Shown: positions 62,640 through 64,000 of the stretch, piece by piece | How the letters are laid out: the number at the start of each line of letters is the position of its first letter | Numbering within the stretch: the stretch's first letter is position 1 | Assembly: GCF_018350175.1 (NCBI RefSeq) | Contig: NC_058368.1 | Location: 21,206,001-21,270,000, forward strand | From: Felis catus | Taxonomy: Eukaryota | Direction of reading: 5' to 3' | Length of the DNA stretch: 64,000 nt | Program-made: the position numbers and the translations under genes | Notes under the pieces: model-generated | Database searches by the model: none | Told to the model about the DNA's origin: nothing | The model's input: only the letters and a program-made list of their open reading frames with translations

Positions 62640-64000
62640 AAATGAAAGCAAAACACAAAAACTGGAAATCAAAAAAATGGCTGGAACTCAACCAAGTAAC
62701 CAATAAAAAGAAATTTTAGGATGACAGTTGTGTGTCCGGCTAAGCAGTTGGCCCAAATGGAACCAGATGTCAGTACATCCCATGAAGAATACCTTCAAGA
62801 AAAATTTCATAGATTCCAAGCAATGGAAGAATCACAAAGATGCATGATATTAGTAATATGGTAATAAAAAGGGGAAAGTTTCCTATCCACATAATAAATT
62901 AACATATAGAAACTCCAAGGAAAAAAAAAACTGTCTTGAAAAAAAAAAACATTGTATAAACATAAAGCAAACTAAAATACAAAACTACTATTGGAGAGCC
63001 TGGGTGGCTCAGTCAGTTAAGCATCTGACTCTTGGTTTCAGCTCAGCTCATGATTTCACAGCTTGTGAGATGGAGCTTCATGTTGGGCTCTGTGTTGACG
63101 GTGTGGAGCCTCCTTGGGATTCTCTCTCTCCTCTCTCTCTGCCCCTCCCCTGCTGATGCTCTCTGTCTCTCAAAATAAGTAAATAAACTTTAAAAAATAA
63201 AATACAAACTAATGGATAATGTTGAATAGTTTATAAATTGTAAGAAAAGAAAACCCATTTATCCTTTTGATTTGTGCAGAGGCAATAATATCTGTTGAAG
63301 GGTCAAGAACTTGCGATATTAGACATCAGGAGAAAGAAATATAACCTCAGACTGTGGAAATGCAATCTTAGGAAATATAATTTTTAGCTACGAAATGGCA
63401 ACATATTATTTCCATGCATAATAATAAAATATCTTTAAACCATTAAAAATCAATCTACTATACAAGATTTAAATATTGTTATAGAACAAAATGCAGATAT
63501 TAACAGCCTTAATAATATAGAAATAAAGGTTCAGTGGTCAGAAGGTGGGAGGTGGGATAATATAAAACAGCTAGAAGGAAGGCTAAGAATATAAATATCC
63601 CCACCTACTCTAGTGAGGAGTCAAGAGATCATCTCTAAATTTGATTGCACTAGGTTTAGGTTTACAGGTATATAAAAAACACTGGAAAATTTTTAAATAA
63701 TGATTATCAAAAATTGAAAGAGAGTGTGTAAACAGATGCTGTGTAAGTGGCTTAAGCTTCCACTTATAGAGAGGAGACAAGAGAAAATGCCTTAAATTGA
63801 TAAATCAGGAGGAAAAGACCATATACAATCATCATATAATGAAGAAAATAGAAACCACTCCAATATGTCAGACAGATGGAGTGTGATACAAAGAATTAAT
63901 TACAAGAGTACTGGAAAATCTAAAAAAAAGGGAAAAATAAAAGTTGTTTTAAAAATGTAGGAGTTGGCAAATGAATGACGAACAGGATTTGACAGAAGGA
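62640..64000 (+). mobile_element. Degraded old L1M-like sequence
   Basis: A-rich, with L1M-like motifs 'aagcagttggcccaaatggaaccaga'; weak call. Confidence 0.4.
62993..63197 (+). mobile_element. Can-SINE
   Basis: Full body; flanks 'taaaatacaaa(a)cta'. Confidence 0.94.

Noticed and set aside
1..64000. tRNA genes, CRISPR arrays or operon-like systems
   Set aside because: The tRNA-like A/B boxes all belong to Can-SINE heads; there is no repeat-spacer array; the sequence is mammalian.

Overview
Mammalian genomic DNA, almost certainly from a cat (Felidae): it carries several near-identical young SINEC_Fc-type Can-SINEs. The window is AT-rich, has no CpG island and is mostly intergenic or intronic. 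I count 22 Can-SINE copies and two large rearranged LINE-1 complexes (about 19.9-25.4 kb and 40.0-50.7 kb). There are also old L1M, L2, MIR and L3 fragments, ERVL/MaLR solo LTRs, DNA-transposon fossils and microsatellites. Repeat subfamily names come from recalled consensus motifs and need RepeatMasker confirmation. Nearly all ORFs in the supplied track are repeat-derived or chance ORFs. The best non-repeat signals lie at 51-62.5 kb. (1) A candidate minus-strand terminal coding exon (57981-58255) has its stop codon inside an AATAAA, with two phase-compatible small upstream exon candidates. (2) A diverged ~320 bp tandem duplication keeps an ATF4/C-EBP-type motif, just upstream of a CCAAT+TATA promoter-like element. 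(3) Plus-strand splice sites could define an overlapping antisense transcript. I could not name any gene and found no well-supported novel biological system; the findings are leads to test.
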